Of a stretch of DNA of 64,000 nucleotides, positions 30,101 to 45,200 are shown one piece after another (position 1 is the first letter of the stretch; every line of letters begins with the position of its first letter). Below the pieces are notes generated by a model. The model searched no databases. It saw only the letters and a list, made by a program, of their open reading frames with translations, and was not told the DNA's origin. The position numbers and the translations under genes are program-made. The DNA is from Eledone cirrhosa. Taxonomy: Eukaryota. Location: positions 13,640,001 to 13,704,000 of the forward strand of contig OZ024742.1 of the NCBI GenBank assembly GCA_964016885.1, in the 5' to 3' direction.

Positions 30101-33100
30101 ACACACACTGAGACACACACTGAGACACACTGAAACATACACTGACACATACACTGAGACATGCACTGAGACACTCACTGAGGCACACACTGAGACATAC
30201 ACTGATAAATACACTGAGACACACACTGAGACACTCACTGAGACATACACTGAGACATAAATTGAGACACACACTGAGACACGCACTGAGACACACACTG
30301 AGACACACTGAGACACACACTGAGACACACACTGAGACATACACTGAGACACACACTGAAACACACACTGAGACACACGCTGAGACATACAGTGAGACAC
30401 ACACTGAGACACACTGAGACACACAATGAGACACACACTGAGACACACTGAGACATACACTGATACATACACTGAGACACACACTGAGACATACACTGAG
30501 ACACACACTGAGACATACACTGAGTCATACACTGAGACATACACTGACATATACACTGAGACATACACTGAGACACACACTGAGACACACACTGAGACAT
30601 ACACTGAGACACACACTGAGACATACATTAAGACACACTCTGAGACATACACTGAGACATACACTGAGACACACTGAGACGTACAGTGAGACACACACTG
30701 AGACATACACTGAGACACACACTGAGACACACACTGAGACACACACTGAGACACACACTGAGACATACACTGAGACACATACTGAGACATACACTGAGAC
30801 ACACACTGAGACATACAATGAGACATACACTGAGACACACACTGAGACACACACTGAGACACACACTGAGACACACACTGAGACATACACTGAGACACAC
30901 ACTGAGATACACACTGAGAGATACACTGAGACATACACTGAGACACACACTGAGACACACTCTGAGACATACACTGAGACATACACTGAGACACACACTG
31001 AGATACACACTGAGACATACATTGAGACATACACTGAGACACACACTGAGACACACTCTGAGACACACACTGAGACATACACTGAGACATACACTGAGAC
31101 ACACACTGAGACACACACTGAGACATACACTGAGACATACACTGAGACATACACTGAGACATACACTGAGACATACACTGACACATACACTGAGACACAC
31201 ACTGAGACACACACTGAGACATACACTGAGACACACACTGAGACATACACTGAGACATACACTGAGACATACACTGAGACACCCACTGAAACACACACTG
31301 AGACACAAACTGAGACATACACTGATACATACACTGATACATACACTGAGACACACACTGAGACACACACTGAGACATACACTGAGACATACACTGAGAC
31401 ATACATTGAGACACACACTGAGACACACACTGAGACATACACTGAGACATACACTGAGACATACACTGAGACATACACTGAGACATACACTGAGACACAC
31501 ACTGAAACACACTGAAACATACACTGAGACACACACTGAGACACACTGAGACACACACTGAATCATACACTGAGACACACACTGAGACACACACTGAGAC
31601 ACACACTGAGTCATACACTGAGACTCTCACTGAGACACACACTGAGACACACACTGAGACACACACTGAGACACACTCTGAGACACACACTGAGACATAC
31701 ACTGAGACACACACTGAGACATATACTGAGACACACACTGAGACACACACTGAGCCATATACTGAGACACACACCCAGACACACACTGAGACACACACTG
31801 AGGCATACACTGAGACACACACTGAGACACACACTGAGACACACACTGAGACACACACTGAGACATACACTGAGACATACACTGAGACATACACTGAGAC
31901 ACACACTGAGACACACTCTGAGACACACACTGAGACATACACTGAGGCATACACTGAGACACACACTGAGACACCCACTGAGACATACACTGAGACATAC
32001 ACTGAGACATACAATGAGACATACACTGAGACATACACTGACACATACACTGAGACACACACTGAGACACACACTGAGACATACACTGAGACACACACTG
32101 AGACATACACTGAGACATACACTGAGACACACACTGAGACATACACTGGCACACACACTGAGCCATACACTGAGACATACACTGAGACACCTACTGAGAC
32201 ACACACTGAGACACACACTGAGACATACACTGAGACATACACTGATACATACACTGAGACACACACTGAGACACACACTGAGACATACACTGAGACATAC
32301 ACTGAGACATACATTGAGACACACACTGAGACACACACTGAGACATACACTGAGACATACACTGAGACATACACTGAGACATACACTGAGACACACACTG
32401 AAACACACTGAAACATACACTGAGACACACACTGAGACACACTGAGACACACACTGAGTCATACACTGAGACACACACTGTGACACACACTGAGACACAC
32501 ACTGAGTCATACACTGAGACTCTCACTGAGACACACACTGAGACACACTCTGAGACACACACTGAGACATACCCTGAGACACACACTGAGGCATACACTG
32601 AGACACACACTGAGACACACACTGAGACACACACTGAGACACACACTGAGACACACTGAGACATACACTGAGACATACACTGAGACACACTGAGACATAC
32701 ACTGAGACACACACTGAGACACACACTGAGACACACACTGACACACATTGAGACACACTGAGCCATACACTGAGACACACACTGAGAACACACTGAGACA
32801 CACACTGAGACACACACTGAGACATACACTGAGACACACACTGAGACATGACATACACTGAGACACACACTGACACACACACTGAGATACACACTGCGAC
32901 ACACACGTAGACATACACTGAGACACACACTGAGACATACACTGAGACATAAACTGAGACATACACTGAGACATACACTGAGACATACACTGAGACACAC
33001 ACTGAGTCATACACTGAGACACACACTGAGACACACACTGAAACACACACTGAGACACACACGCACACATATGGAATGGTAAATACACACTGAGACACAT
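12163..33100. repeat. 12-bp satellite (CTGAGACAYACA)n, ~21 kb, with occasional 10-bp units and higher-order repeats
   Basis: Directly visible. The ORF track repeats with an exact 7852-bp offset (17081 vs 24933; 21952 vs 29804). Confidence 0.98.
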
Positions 33101-33181
33101 ACACATACACGCACACATATGTTCATAGGAGTGCCGCTAGATCTGTGAAATCTTGCATGCATTAATTTCAATCCTTCTTAT

Positions 33182-33206
33182 TATTAACTTTATTGTTTCT
33201 TTTCAG
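33182..33206 (+). promoter_or_regulatory. Candidate 3' splice acceptor (branch-like TTAAC, polypyrimidine tract, CAG|G)
   Basis: TATTAACTTTATTGTTTCTTTTCAG|GAG, 26 nt upstream of the first 65-bp unit. Motif only, no transcript evidence. Confidence 0.4.
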
Positions 33207-33232
33207 GAGTTATGTTGAAAAATAAATTTCAT

Positions 33233-36200
33233 TTGGTCATTCCATGAGAGTATCTTGGTCAGTTTATCACCTGCTTGACCCAGCCTCATATCTTGACTTG
33301 GTCATTCCATGACAGTATCTTGGTCAGTCTATCTCCTGTTTGACCCAGCCTCATATCTTGAATTGGTCATTCCATGACAGTATCTTGGTCAGTCTATCTC
33401 CTGTTTGACCCAGCCTCATATCTTGACTTGGTCATTCCATGACAGTATCTTGGTCACTCTATCACCTGTTCCACCCAGCCTCATATCTTGACTTGGTCAT
33501 TCCATGACAGTATCTTGGTCAGTCTATCACCTGTTTGACCCAGCCTCATATCTTGACTTGGTCATTCCATGACAGTATCTTGGTCAGTTTATCACCTGTT
33601 TGACCCAGCCTCATATCTTGACTTGGTCATTCCATGACAGTATCTTGGTCAGTTTATCACCTGTTTGACCAGGCCTCATATCTTGACTTGGTCATTCCAT
33701 GACAGTATCTTGGTCAGTTTATCACCTGTTTGACCCAGCCTCATATCTTGACTTGGTCATTCGATGACAGTATCTCGGTCAGTCTATCTCCTGTTTGACC
33801 CAGCCTCATATCTTGACTTGGTCATTCCATGACAGTATCTTGGTCAGTCTATCTCCTGTTTGACCCAGCCTCATATCTTGACTTGGTCATTCCATGACAG
33901 TATCTTGGTCAGTCTATCACCTGTTTGACCCAGCCTCATATCTTGACTTGGTCATTCCATGACAGTATCTTGGTCAGTCTATCACCTGTTCCACCCAGCC
34001 TCATATCTTGACTTGGTCATTCCATGACAGTATCTTGGTCAGTCTATCACCTGTTTCACCCAGCCTCATATCTTGACTTGGTCATTCCATGACAGTATCT
34101 TGGTCAGTCTATCACCTGTTTGACCCAGCCTCATATCTTGACATGGTCATTCCATGACAGTATCGTGGTCAGTCTAGCACCTGTTTGACCCAGCCTCATA
34201 TCTTGAATTGGTCATTCCATGACAGTATCGTGGTCAGTCTATCACATGTTTGACCCAGCCTCATATCTTGACTTGGTCATTCCATGACAGTATCTTGGTC
34301 AGTCTATCACCTGTTTGACCCAGCCTCATATCTTGACTTGGTCATTCCATGACAGTATCGTGGTCAGTCTATCACATGTTTTACCCAGCCTCATATCTTG
34401 AATTGGTCATTCCATGACAGTATCGTGGTCAGTCTATCACATGTTTGACCCAGCCTCATATCTTGACTTGGTCATTCCATGACAGTATCTTGGTCAGTCT
34501 ATCACCTGTTTGATCCAGCCTCATATCTTGACTTGGTCATTCCATGAGAGTATCTTGGTCAGTTTATCACCTGTTTGACCCAGCCTCATATCTTGACTTG
34601 GTCATTCCATGACAGTATCTTGGTCAGTCTATCACCTGTTCCACCCAGCCTCATATCTTAACTTGGTCATTCCATGACAGTATCTTGGTCAGTCTATCAC
34701 CTGTTTGACCCAGCCTTATATCTTGACTTGGTCATTCCATGACAGTATCTTGGTCAGTTTATCACCTGTTTGACCCAGCCTCATATCTTGACTTGGTCAT
34801 TCCATGACAGTATCTTGGTCAGTCTATCACCTGTTTGACCCAGCTTCATATCTTGACTTGGTCATTCCATGACAGTATCTTGGTCAGTCTATCACCTGTT
34901 TGACCCAGCCTCATATCTTGACTTGGTCATTCCATGACAGTATCTTGGTCAGTCTATCACCTGTTCCACCCAGCCTCATATCTTGACTTGGTCATTCCAT
35001 GACAGTATCTTGGTCAGTCTATCACCTGTTTGACCCAGCCTCATATCTTGACTTGGTCATTCGATGACAGTATCTTGGTCAGTCTATCACCTGTTTGACC
35101 CAGCCTCATATCTTGATTTTGTCATGGAATGACCGTATCTTGGTCAGTCTATCACCTGTTTGACCCAGCCTCATATCTTGACTTGGTCATTCCATGCCAG
35201 TATCGTGGTCAGTCTATCACCTGTTTTACCCAGCCTCATATCTTGATTTGGTCATTCCATGACAGTATCGTGGTCAGTCTATCACATGTTTGACCCAGCC
35301 TCATATCTTGACTTGGTCATTCCATGACAGTATCTTGGTCAGTCTATCACCTGTTTGATCCAGCCTCATATCTTGACTTGGTCATTCCATGACAGTATCT
35401 TGGTCAGTCTATCACCTGTTCCACCCAGCCTCATATCTTAACTTGGTCATTCCATGACAGTATCTTGGTCAGTCTATCACCTGTTTGACGCAGCCTTATA
35501 TCTTGACTTGGTCATTCCATGACAGTATCTTGGTCAGTTTATCACCTGTTTGACCCAGCCTCATATCTTGACTTGGTCATTCCATGACAGTATCTTGGTC
35601 AGTCTATCACCTGTTCAACCCAGCCTCATATCTTGACTTGGTCATTCCATGACAGTATCTTGGTCAGTCTATCACCTGTTTGACCCAGCCTCATATCTTG
35701 ACTTGGTCATTCCATGACAGTATCTTGGTCAGTCTATCACCTGTTTGACCCAGCCTCATATCTTGACTTTGTCATTCCATGACAGTATCTTGGTCAGTCT
35801 ATCACCTGTTTGACCCAGCCTCATATCTTGACTTGGTCATTCCATGACAGTATCGTGGTCAGTCTAGCACCTGTTTGACCCAGCCTCATATCTTGACTTG
35901 GTCATTCCATGACAGTATCTTGGTCAGTCTATCACCTGTTTGACCCAGCCTTATATCTTGACTTGGTCATTCCATGACAGTATCTTGGTCAGTCTATCAC
36001 CTGTTTGACCCAGCCTCATATCTTGATTTGGTCATTCCATGACAGTATCGTGGTCAGTCTATCACCTGTTTGACCCAGCCTCATATCTTGATTTGGTCAT
36101 TCCATGACAGTATCTTGGTCAGTTTATCACCTGTTTGACCCAGCCTCATATCTTGACTTGGTCATTCCATGACAGTATCTTGGTCAGTCTATCACCTGTT

Positions 36201-39200
36201 TGACCCAGCCTCATATCTTGACTTGGTCATTCCATGACAGTATCTTGGTCAGTCTATCACCTGTTTGACCCAGCCTTATATCTTGACTTGTTCATTCCAT
36301 GACAGTATCTTGGTCAGTCTATCACCTGTTTGACCCAGCCTCATATCTTGATTTGGTCATTCCATGACAGTATCTTGGTCAGTCTATCTCCTGTTTGACC
36401 CAGCCTCATATCTTGACTTGGTCATTCCATGACAGTATCTTGGTCAGTCTATCACCTGTTTGACCCAGCCTCGTATCTCGACTTGGTCATTCCATGACAG
36501 TATCTTGGTCAGTCTATCACCTGTTTGACCCAGCCTCCTATCTTGACTTGGTCATTCCATGACAGTATCTTGGTCAGTCTATCACCTGTTTGACCCAGCC
36601 TCATATCTTGACATGGTCATTCCATGACAGTATCTTGGTCAGTCTATCTCCTGTTCCACCCAGCCTCATATCTTGACTTGGTCATTCCTTGAGAGTATCT
36701 TGGTCAGTCTATCACCTGTTTGACCCAGCCTCATATCTTGACTTGGTCATTCCATGACAGTATCGTGGTCAGTCTATCACCTGTTCCACCCAGCCTCATA
36801 TCTTGACTTGGTCATTCCATGACAGTATCTTGGTCAGTCTATCACCTGTTTGACCCAGCCTCATATCTTGACTTGGTCATTCCATGACAGTATCTTGGTC
36901 AGTCTATCACCTGTTTGACCCAGCCTCATATCTTGACTTGGTCATTCCATGACAGTATCTTGGTCAGTCTATCTCCTGTTTGACCCAGCCTCATATCTTG
37001 ACTTGGTCATTCCATGACAGTATCTTGGTCAGTCTATCACATGTTTGACCCAGCCTCATATCTTGATTTGGTCATTCCATGACAGTATCTTGGTCAGTCT
37101 ATAACCTGTTCCACCCAGCCTCATATCTTGACTTGGTCATTCCATGACAGTATCTTGGTCAGTCTATCACCTGTTTGACCCAGCCTCATATCTTGACTTG
37201 GTCATTCCATGACAGTATCTTGGTCAGTCTATCACATGTTTGACCCAGCCTCATATCTTGATTTGGTCATTCCATGACAGTATCTTGGTCAGTCTATCAC
37301 CTGTTCCACCCAGCCTCATATCTTGACTTGGTCATTCCATGACAGTATCTTGGTCAGTCTATCACCTATTCCACCCAGCCTCATATCTTGATTTGGTCAT
37401 TCCATGACAGTATCTTGGTCAGTCTATCACCTGTTTGACACAGCCTCACATCTTGGTTTGGTCATTCTATGACAGTATCTTGGTCAGTCTATCACCTGTT
37501 CCACCCAGCCTCATATCTTGACTTGGTCATTCCATGACAGTATCTTGGTCAGTCTATCACCTGTTTGACCCAGCCTCATATCTTCACTTGGTCATTCCAT
37601 GACAGTATCTTGGTCAGTCTATCACCTGTTTGACACAGCCTCATATCTTGATTTGGTCATTCCATGACAGTATCTTTGTCAGTCTATCACCTGTTCCACC
37701 CAGCCTCATATCTTGATTTGGTCATTCCATGACAGTATCTTGGTCAGTCTATCACCTGTGTGACCCAGCCTCATATCTTGATTTGGTCATTCCATGACAG
37801 TATCTTGGTCAGTCTATCACCTGTTTGACCCAGCCTTATATCTTGACTTGGTCATTCCATGACAGTATCTTGGTCAGTCTATCACCTGTTTGACCCAGCG
37901 TCATATCTTGACTTGGTCATTCCATGACAGTATCTTGGTCAGTCTATCACATGTTTGACCCAGCCTCATATCTTGATTTGGTCATTCCATGACAGTATCT
38001 TGGTCAGTCTATCACCTGTTCCACCCAGCCTCATATCTTGACTTGGTCATTCCATGACAGTATCTTGGTCAGTCTATCACCTATTCCACCCAGCCTCATA
38101 TCTTGATTTGGTCATTACATGACAGTATCTTGGTCAGTCTATCACCTGTTTGACACAGCCTCACATCTTGGTTTGGTCATTCCATGACAGTATCTTGGTC
38201 AGTCTATCACATGTTCCACCCAGCCTCATATCTTGACTTGGTCATTCCATGACAGTATCTTGGTCAGTCTATCACCTGTTTGACCCAGCCTCATATCTTC
38301 ACTTGGTCATTCCATGACAGTATCTTGGTCAGTCTATCACCTGTTTGACACAGCCTCATATCTTGATTTGGTCATTCCATGACAGTATCTTTGTCAGTCT
38401 ATCACCTGTTCCACCCAGCCTCATATCTTGATTTGGTCATTCCATGACAGTATCTTGGTCAGTCTATCACCTGTTTGACCCAGCCTCATATCTTGATTTG
38501 GTCATTCCATGACAGTATCTTGGTCAGTCTATCACCTGTTTGACCCAGCCTCATATCTTGACTTGGTCATTCCATGACAGTATCTTGGTCAGTCTATCAC
38601 CTGTTCCACCCAGCCTCATATCTTGATTTGGTCATTCCATGACAGTATCTTGGTCAGTCTATCTCCTGTTTGACCCAGCCTCATATCTTGACTTGGTCAT
38701 TCCATGACAGTATCTTGGTCAGTCTATCACCTGTTTGACCCAGCCTCATATCTTGACTTTGTCATTCCATGACAGTATCTTGGTCAGTCTATCACCTGTT
38801 TGACCCAGCCTCATATCTTGACTTGGTCATTCCATGACAGTATCGTGGTCAGTCTAGCACCTGTTTGACCCAGCCTCATATCTTGACTTGGTCATTCCAT
38901 GACAGTATCTTGGTCAGTCTATCACCTGTTTGACCCAGCCTTATATCTTGACTTGGTCATTCCATGACAGTATCATGGTCAGTCTATCACCTGTTTGACC
39001 CAGCCTCATATCTTGACTTGGTCATTCCATGACAGTATCTTGGTCAGTCTATCACCTGTTTGACCCAGCCTCATATCTTGATTTGGTCATTCCATGACAG
39101 TATCTTGGTCAGTTTATCACCTGTTTGACCCAGCCTCATATCTTGACTTGGTCATTCCATGACAGTATCTTGGTCAGTCTATCACCTGTTTGACCCAGCC

Positions 39201-42200
39201 TCATATCTTGACTTGGTCATTCCATGACAGTATCTTGGTCAGTCTATCACCTGTTTGACCCAGCCTTATATCTTGACTTGGTCATTCCATGACAGTATCT
39301 TGGTCAGTCTATCACCTGTTTGACCCAGCCTCATATCTTGATTTGTTCATTCCATGACAGTATCTTGGTCAGTTTATCTCCTGTTTGACCCAGCCTCATA
39401 TCTTCACTTGGTCATTCCATGACATTATCTTGGTCAGTCTATCACCTGTTTGACCCAGCCTCGTATCTTGACTTGGTCATTCCATGACAGTATCTTGGTC
39501 AGTCTATCACCTGTTTGACCCATCCTCGTATCTCTACTTGGTCATTCCATGACAGTATCTTGGTCAGTCTATCACCTGTTTGACCCAGCCTCATATCTTG
39601 ACATGGTCATTCCATGACAGTATCTGGGTCAGTCTATCTCCTGTTCCACCCAGCCTCATATCTTGACTTGGTCATTCCTTGAGAGTATCTTGGTCAGTCT
39701 ATCACCTGTTTGACCCAGCCTCATATCTTGACTTGGTCATTCCATGACAGTATCGTGGTCAGTCTATCACCTGTTTAACCCAGCCTCATATCTTCACTTG
39801 GTCATTCCATGACAGTATCTTGGTCAGTCTATCACCTGTTCCACCCAGCCTCATATCTTCACTTGGTCATTCCATGACAGTATCTTGGTCAGTCTATCAC
39901 CTGTTTGACACAGCCTCATATCTTGATTTGGTCATTCCATGACAGTATCTTTGTCAGTCTATCACCTGTTCCACCCAGCCTCATATCTTGATTTGGTCAT
40001 TCCATGACAGTATCTTGGTCAGTCTATCACCTGTTTGACCCAGCCTCATATCTTGATTTGGTCATTCCATGACAGTATCTTGGTCAGTCTATCACCTGTT
40101 TGACCCAGCCTCATATCTTGACTTGGTCATTCCATGACAGTATCTTGGTCAGTCTATCACCTGTTCCACCCAGCCTCATATCTTGATTTGGTCATTCCAT
40201 GACAGTATCTTGGTCAGTCTATCTCCTGTTTGACCCAGCCTCATATCTTGACTTGGTCATTCCATGACAGTATCTTGGTCAGTCTATCACCTGTTTGACC
40301 CAGCCTCATATCTTGACTTTGTCATTCCATGACAGTATCTTGGTCAGTCTATCACCTGTTTGACCCAGCCTCATATCTTGACTTGGTCATTCCATGACAG
40401 TATCGTGGTCAGTCTAGCACCTGTTTGACCCAGCCTCATATCTTGACTTGGTCATTCCATGACAGTATCTTGGTCAGTCTATCACCTGTTTGACCCAGCC
40501 TTATATCTTGACTTGGTCATTCCATGACAGTATCTTGGTCAGTCTATCACCTGTTTGACCCAGCCTCATGTCTTGACTTGGTCATTCCATGACAGTATCG
40601 TGGTCAGTCTATCACCTGTTTGACCCAGCCTCATATCTATTTGGTCATTCCATGACAGTATCTTGGTCAGTTTATCACCTGTTTGACCCAGCCTCATATC
40701 TTGACTTGGTCATTCCATGACAGTATCTTGGTCAGTCTATCACCTGTTTGACCCTGCCTCATATCTTGACTTGGTCATTCCATGACAGTATCTTGGTCAG
40801 TCTATCACCTGTTTGACCCAGCCTTATATCTTGACTTGGTCATTCCATGACAGTATCTTGGTCAGTCTATCACCTGTTTGACCCAGCCTCATATCTTGAT
40901 TTGTTCATTCCATGACAGTATCTTGGTCAGTTTATCTCCTGTTTGACCCAGCCTCATATCTTGACTTGGTCATTCCATGACATTATCTTGGTCAGTCTAT
41001 CACCTGTTTGACCCAGCCTCGTATCTTGACTTGGTCATTCCATGACAGTATCTTGGTCAGTCTATCACCTGTTTGACCCAGCCTCGTATCTCTACTTGGT
41101 CATTCCATGACAGTATCTTGGTCAGTCTATGACCTGTTTGACCCAGCCTCATATCTTGACATGGTCATTCCATGACAGTATCTGGGTCAGTCTATCTCCT
41201 GTTCCACCCAGCCTCATATCTTGACTTGGTCATTCCTTGAGAGTATCTTGGTCAGTCTATCACCTGTTTGACCCAGCCTCACATCTTGGTTTGGTCATTC
41301 CATGACAGTATCTTGGTCAGTCTATCACATGTTCCACCCAGCCTCATATCTTGACTTGGTCATTCCATGACAGTATCTTGGTCAGTCTATCACCTGTTTG
41401 ACCCAGCCTCATATCTTCACTTGGTCATTCCATGACAGTATCTTGGTCAGTCTATCACCTGTTTGACACAGCCTCATATCTTGATTTGGTCATTCCATGA
41501 CAGTATCTTTGTCAGTCTATCACCTGTTCCACCCAGCCTCATATCTTGATTTGGTCATTCCATGACAGTATCTTGGTCAGTCTATCACCTGTTTGACCCA
41601 GCCTCATATCTTGATTTGGTCATTCCATGACAGTATCTTGGTCAGTCTATCACCTGTTTGACCCAGCCTTATATCTTGACTTGGTCATTCCATGACAGTA
41701 TCTTGGTCAGTCTATCACCTGTTTGACCCAGCGTCATATCTTGACTTGGTCATTCCATGACAGTATCTTGTTCAGTCTATCACATGTTTGACCCAGCCTC
41801 ATATCTTGATTTGGTCATTCCATGACAGTATCTTGGTCAGTCTATCACCTGTTCCACCCAGCCTCATATCTTGACTTGTTCATTCCATGACAGTATCTTG
41901 GTCAGTCTATCACCTATTCCACCCAGCCTCATATCTTGATTTGGTCATTACATGACAGTATCTTGGTCAGTCTATCACCTGTTTGACACAGCCTCACATC
42001 TTGGTTTGGTCATTCCATGACAGTATCTTGGTCAGTCTATCACATGTTCCACCCAGCCTCATATCTTGACTTGGTCATTCCATGACAGTATCTTGGTCAG
42101 TCTATCACCTGTTTGACCCAGCCTCATATCTTCACTTGGTCATTCCATGACAGTATCTTGGTCAGTCTATCACCTGTTTGACACAGCCTCATATCTTGAT

Positions 42201-45200
42201 TTGGTCATTCCATGACAGTATATTTGTCAGTCTATCACCTGTTCCACCCAGCCTCATATCTTGATTTGGTCATTCCATGACAGTATCTTGGTCAGTCTAT
42301 CACCTGTTTGACCCAGCCTCATATCTTGATTTGGTCATTCCATGACAGTATCTTGGTCAGTCTATCACCTGTTTGACCCAGCCTCATATCTTGACTTGGT
42401 CATTCCATGACAGTATCTTGGTCAGTCTATCACCTGTTCCACCCAGCCTCATATCTTGATTTGGTCATTCCATGACAGTATCTTGGTCAGTCTATCTCCT
42501 GTTTGACCCAGCCTCATATCTTGACTTGGTCATTCCATGACAGTATCTTGGTCAGTCTATCACCTGTTTGACCCAGCCTCATATCTTGACTTTGTCATTC
42601 CATGACAGTATCTTGGTCAGTCTATCACCTGTTTGACCCAGCCTCATATCTTGACTTGGTCATTCCATGACAGTATCGTGGTCAGTCTAGCACCTGTTTG
42701 ACCCAGCCTCATATCTTGACTTGGTCATTCCATGACAGTATCTTGGTCAGTCTATCACCTGTTTGACCCAGCCTTATATCTTGACTTGGTCATTCCATGA
42801 CAGTATCTTGGTCAGTCTATCACCTGTTTGACCCAGCCTCATATCTTGACTTGGTCATTCCATGACAGTATCTTGGTCAGTCTATCACCTGTTTGACCCA
42901 GCCTCATATCTTGATTTGGTCATTCCATGACAGTATCTTGGTCAGTTTATCACCTGTTTGACCCAGCCTCATATCTTGAATTGGTCAATTCATGACAGTA
43001 TCTTGGTCAGTCTATCACCTGTTTGACCCAGCCTCATATCTTGACTTGGTCATTCCATGACAGTATCTTGGTCAGTCTATCACCTGTTTGACCCAGCCTT
43101 ATATCTTGACTTGGTCATTCCATGACAGTATCTTGGTCAGTCTATCACCTGTTTGACCCAGCCTCATATCTTGATTTGTTCATTCCATGACAGTATCTTG
43201 GTCAGTTTATCTCCTGTTTGACCCAGCCTCATATCTTCACTTGGTCATTCCATGACATTATCTTGGTCAGTCTATCACCTGTTTGACCCAGCCTCGTATC
43301 TTGACTTGGTCATTCCATGACAGTATCTTGGTCAGTCTATCACCTGTTTGACCCAGCCTCGTATCTCTACTTGGTCATTCCATGACAGTATCTTGGTCAG
43401 TCTATCACCTGTTTGACCCAGCCTCATATCTTGACATGGTCATTCCATGACAGTATCTGGGTCAGTCTATCTCCTGTTCCACCCAGCCTCATATCTTGAC
43501 TTGGTCATTCCTTGAGAGTATCTTGGTCAGTCTATCACCTGTTTGACCCAGCCTCATATCTTGACTTGGTCATTCCATGACAGTATCGTTGTCAGTCTAT
43601 CACCTGTTTGACCCAGCCTCATATCTTCACTTGGTCATTCCATGACAGTATCTTGGTCAGTCTATCACCTGTTCCACCCAGCCTCATATCTTCACTTGGT
43701 CATTCCATGACAGTATCTTGGTCAGTCTATCACCTGTTTGACACAGCCTCATATCTTGATTTGGTCATTCCATGACAGTATCTTTGTCAGTCTATCACCT
43801 GTTCCACCCAGCCTCATATCTTGATTTGGTCATTCCATGACAGTATCTTGGTCAGTCTATCACCTGTTTGACCCAGCCTCATATCTTGATTTGGTCATTC
43901 CATGACAGTATCTTGGTCAGTCTATCACCTGTTTGACCCAGCCTCATATCTTGACTTGGTCATTCCATGACAGTATCTTGGTCAGTCTATCACCTGTTCC
44001 ACCCAGCCTCATATCTTGATTTGGTCATTCCATGACAGTATCTTGGTCAGTCTATCTCCTGTTTGACCCAGCCTCATATCTTGACTTGGTCATTCCATGA
44101 CAGTATCTTGGTCAGTCTATCACCTGTTTGACCCAGCCTCATATCTTGACTTTGTCATTCCATGACAGTATCTTGGTCAGTCTATCACCTGTTTGACCCA
44201 GCCTCATATCTTGACTTGGTCATTCCATGACAGTATCGTGGTCAGTCTAGCACCTGTTTGACCCAGCCTCATATCTTGACTTGGTCATTCCATGACAGTA
44301 TCTTGGTCAGTCTATCACCTGTTTGACCCAGCCTTATATCTTGACTTGGTCATTCCATGACAGTATCTTGGTCAGTCTATCACCTGTTTGACCCAGCCTC
44401 ATATCTTGACTTGGTCATTCCATGACAGTATCGTGGTCAGTCTATCACCTGTTTGACCCAGCCTCATATCTTGATTTGGTCATTCCATGACAGTATCTTG
44501 GTCAGTTTATCACCTGTTTGACCCAGCCTCATATCTTGACTTGGTCATTCCATGACAGTATCTTGGTCAGTCTATCACCTGTTTGACCCAGCCTCATATC
44601 TTGACTTGGTCATTCCATGACAGTATCTTGGTCAGTCTATCACCTGTTTGACCCAGCCTTATATCTTGACTTGGTCATTCCATGACAGTATCTTGGTCAG
44701 TCTATCACCTGTTTGACCCAGCCTCATATCTTGATTTGTTCATTCCATGACAGTATCTTGGTCAGTTTATCTCCTGTTTGACCCAGCCTCATATCTTGAC
44801 TTGGTCATTCCATGACATTATCTTGGTCAGTCTATCACCTGTTTGACCCAGCCTCGTATCTTGACTTGGTCATTCCATGACAGTATCTTGGTCAGTCTAT
44901 CACCTGTTTGACCCAGCCTCGTATCTCTACTTGGTCATTCCATGACAGTATCTTGGTCAGTCTATGACCTGTTTGACCCAGCCTCATATCTTGACATGGT
45001 CATTCCATGACAGTATCTGGGTCAGTCTATCTCCTGTTCCACCCAGCCTCATATCTTGACTTGGTCATTCCTTGAGAGTATCTTGGTCAGTCTATCACCT
45101 GTTTGACCGAGCCTCATATCTTGACTTGGTCATTCCATGACAGTATCGTGGTCAGTCTATCACCTGTTCCACCCAGCCTCATATCTTGACTTGGTCATTC

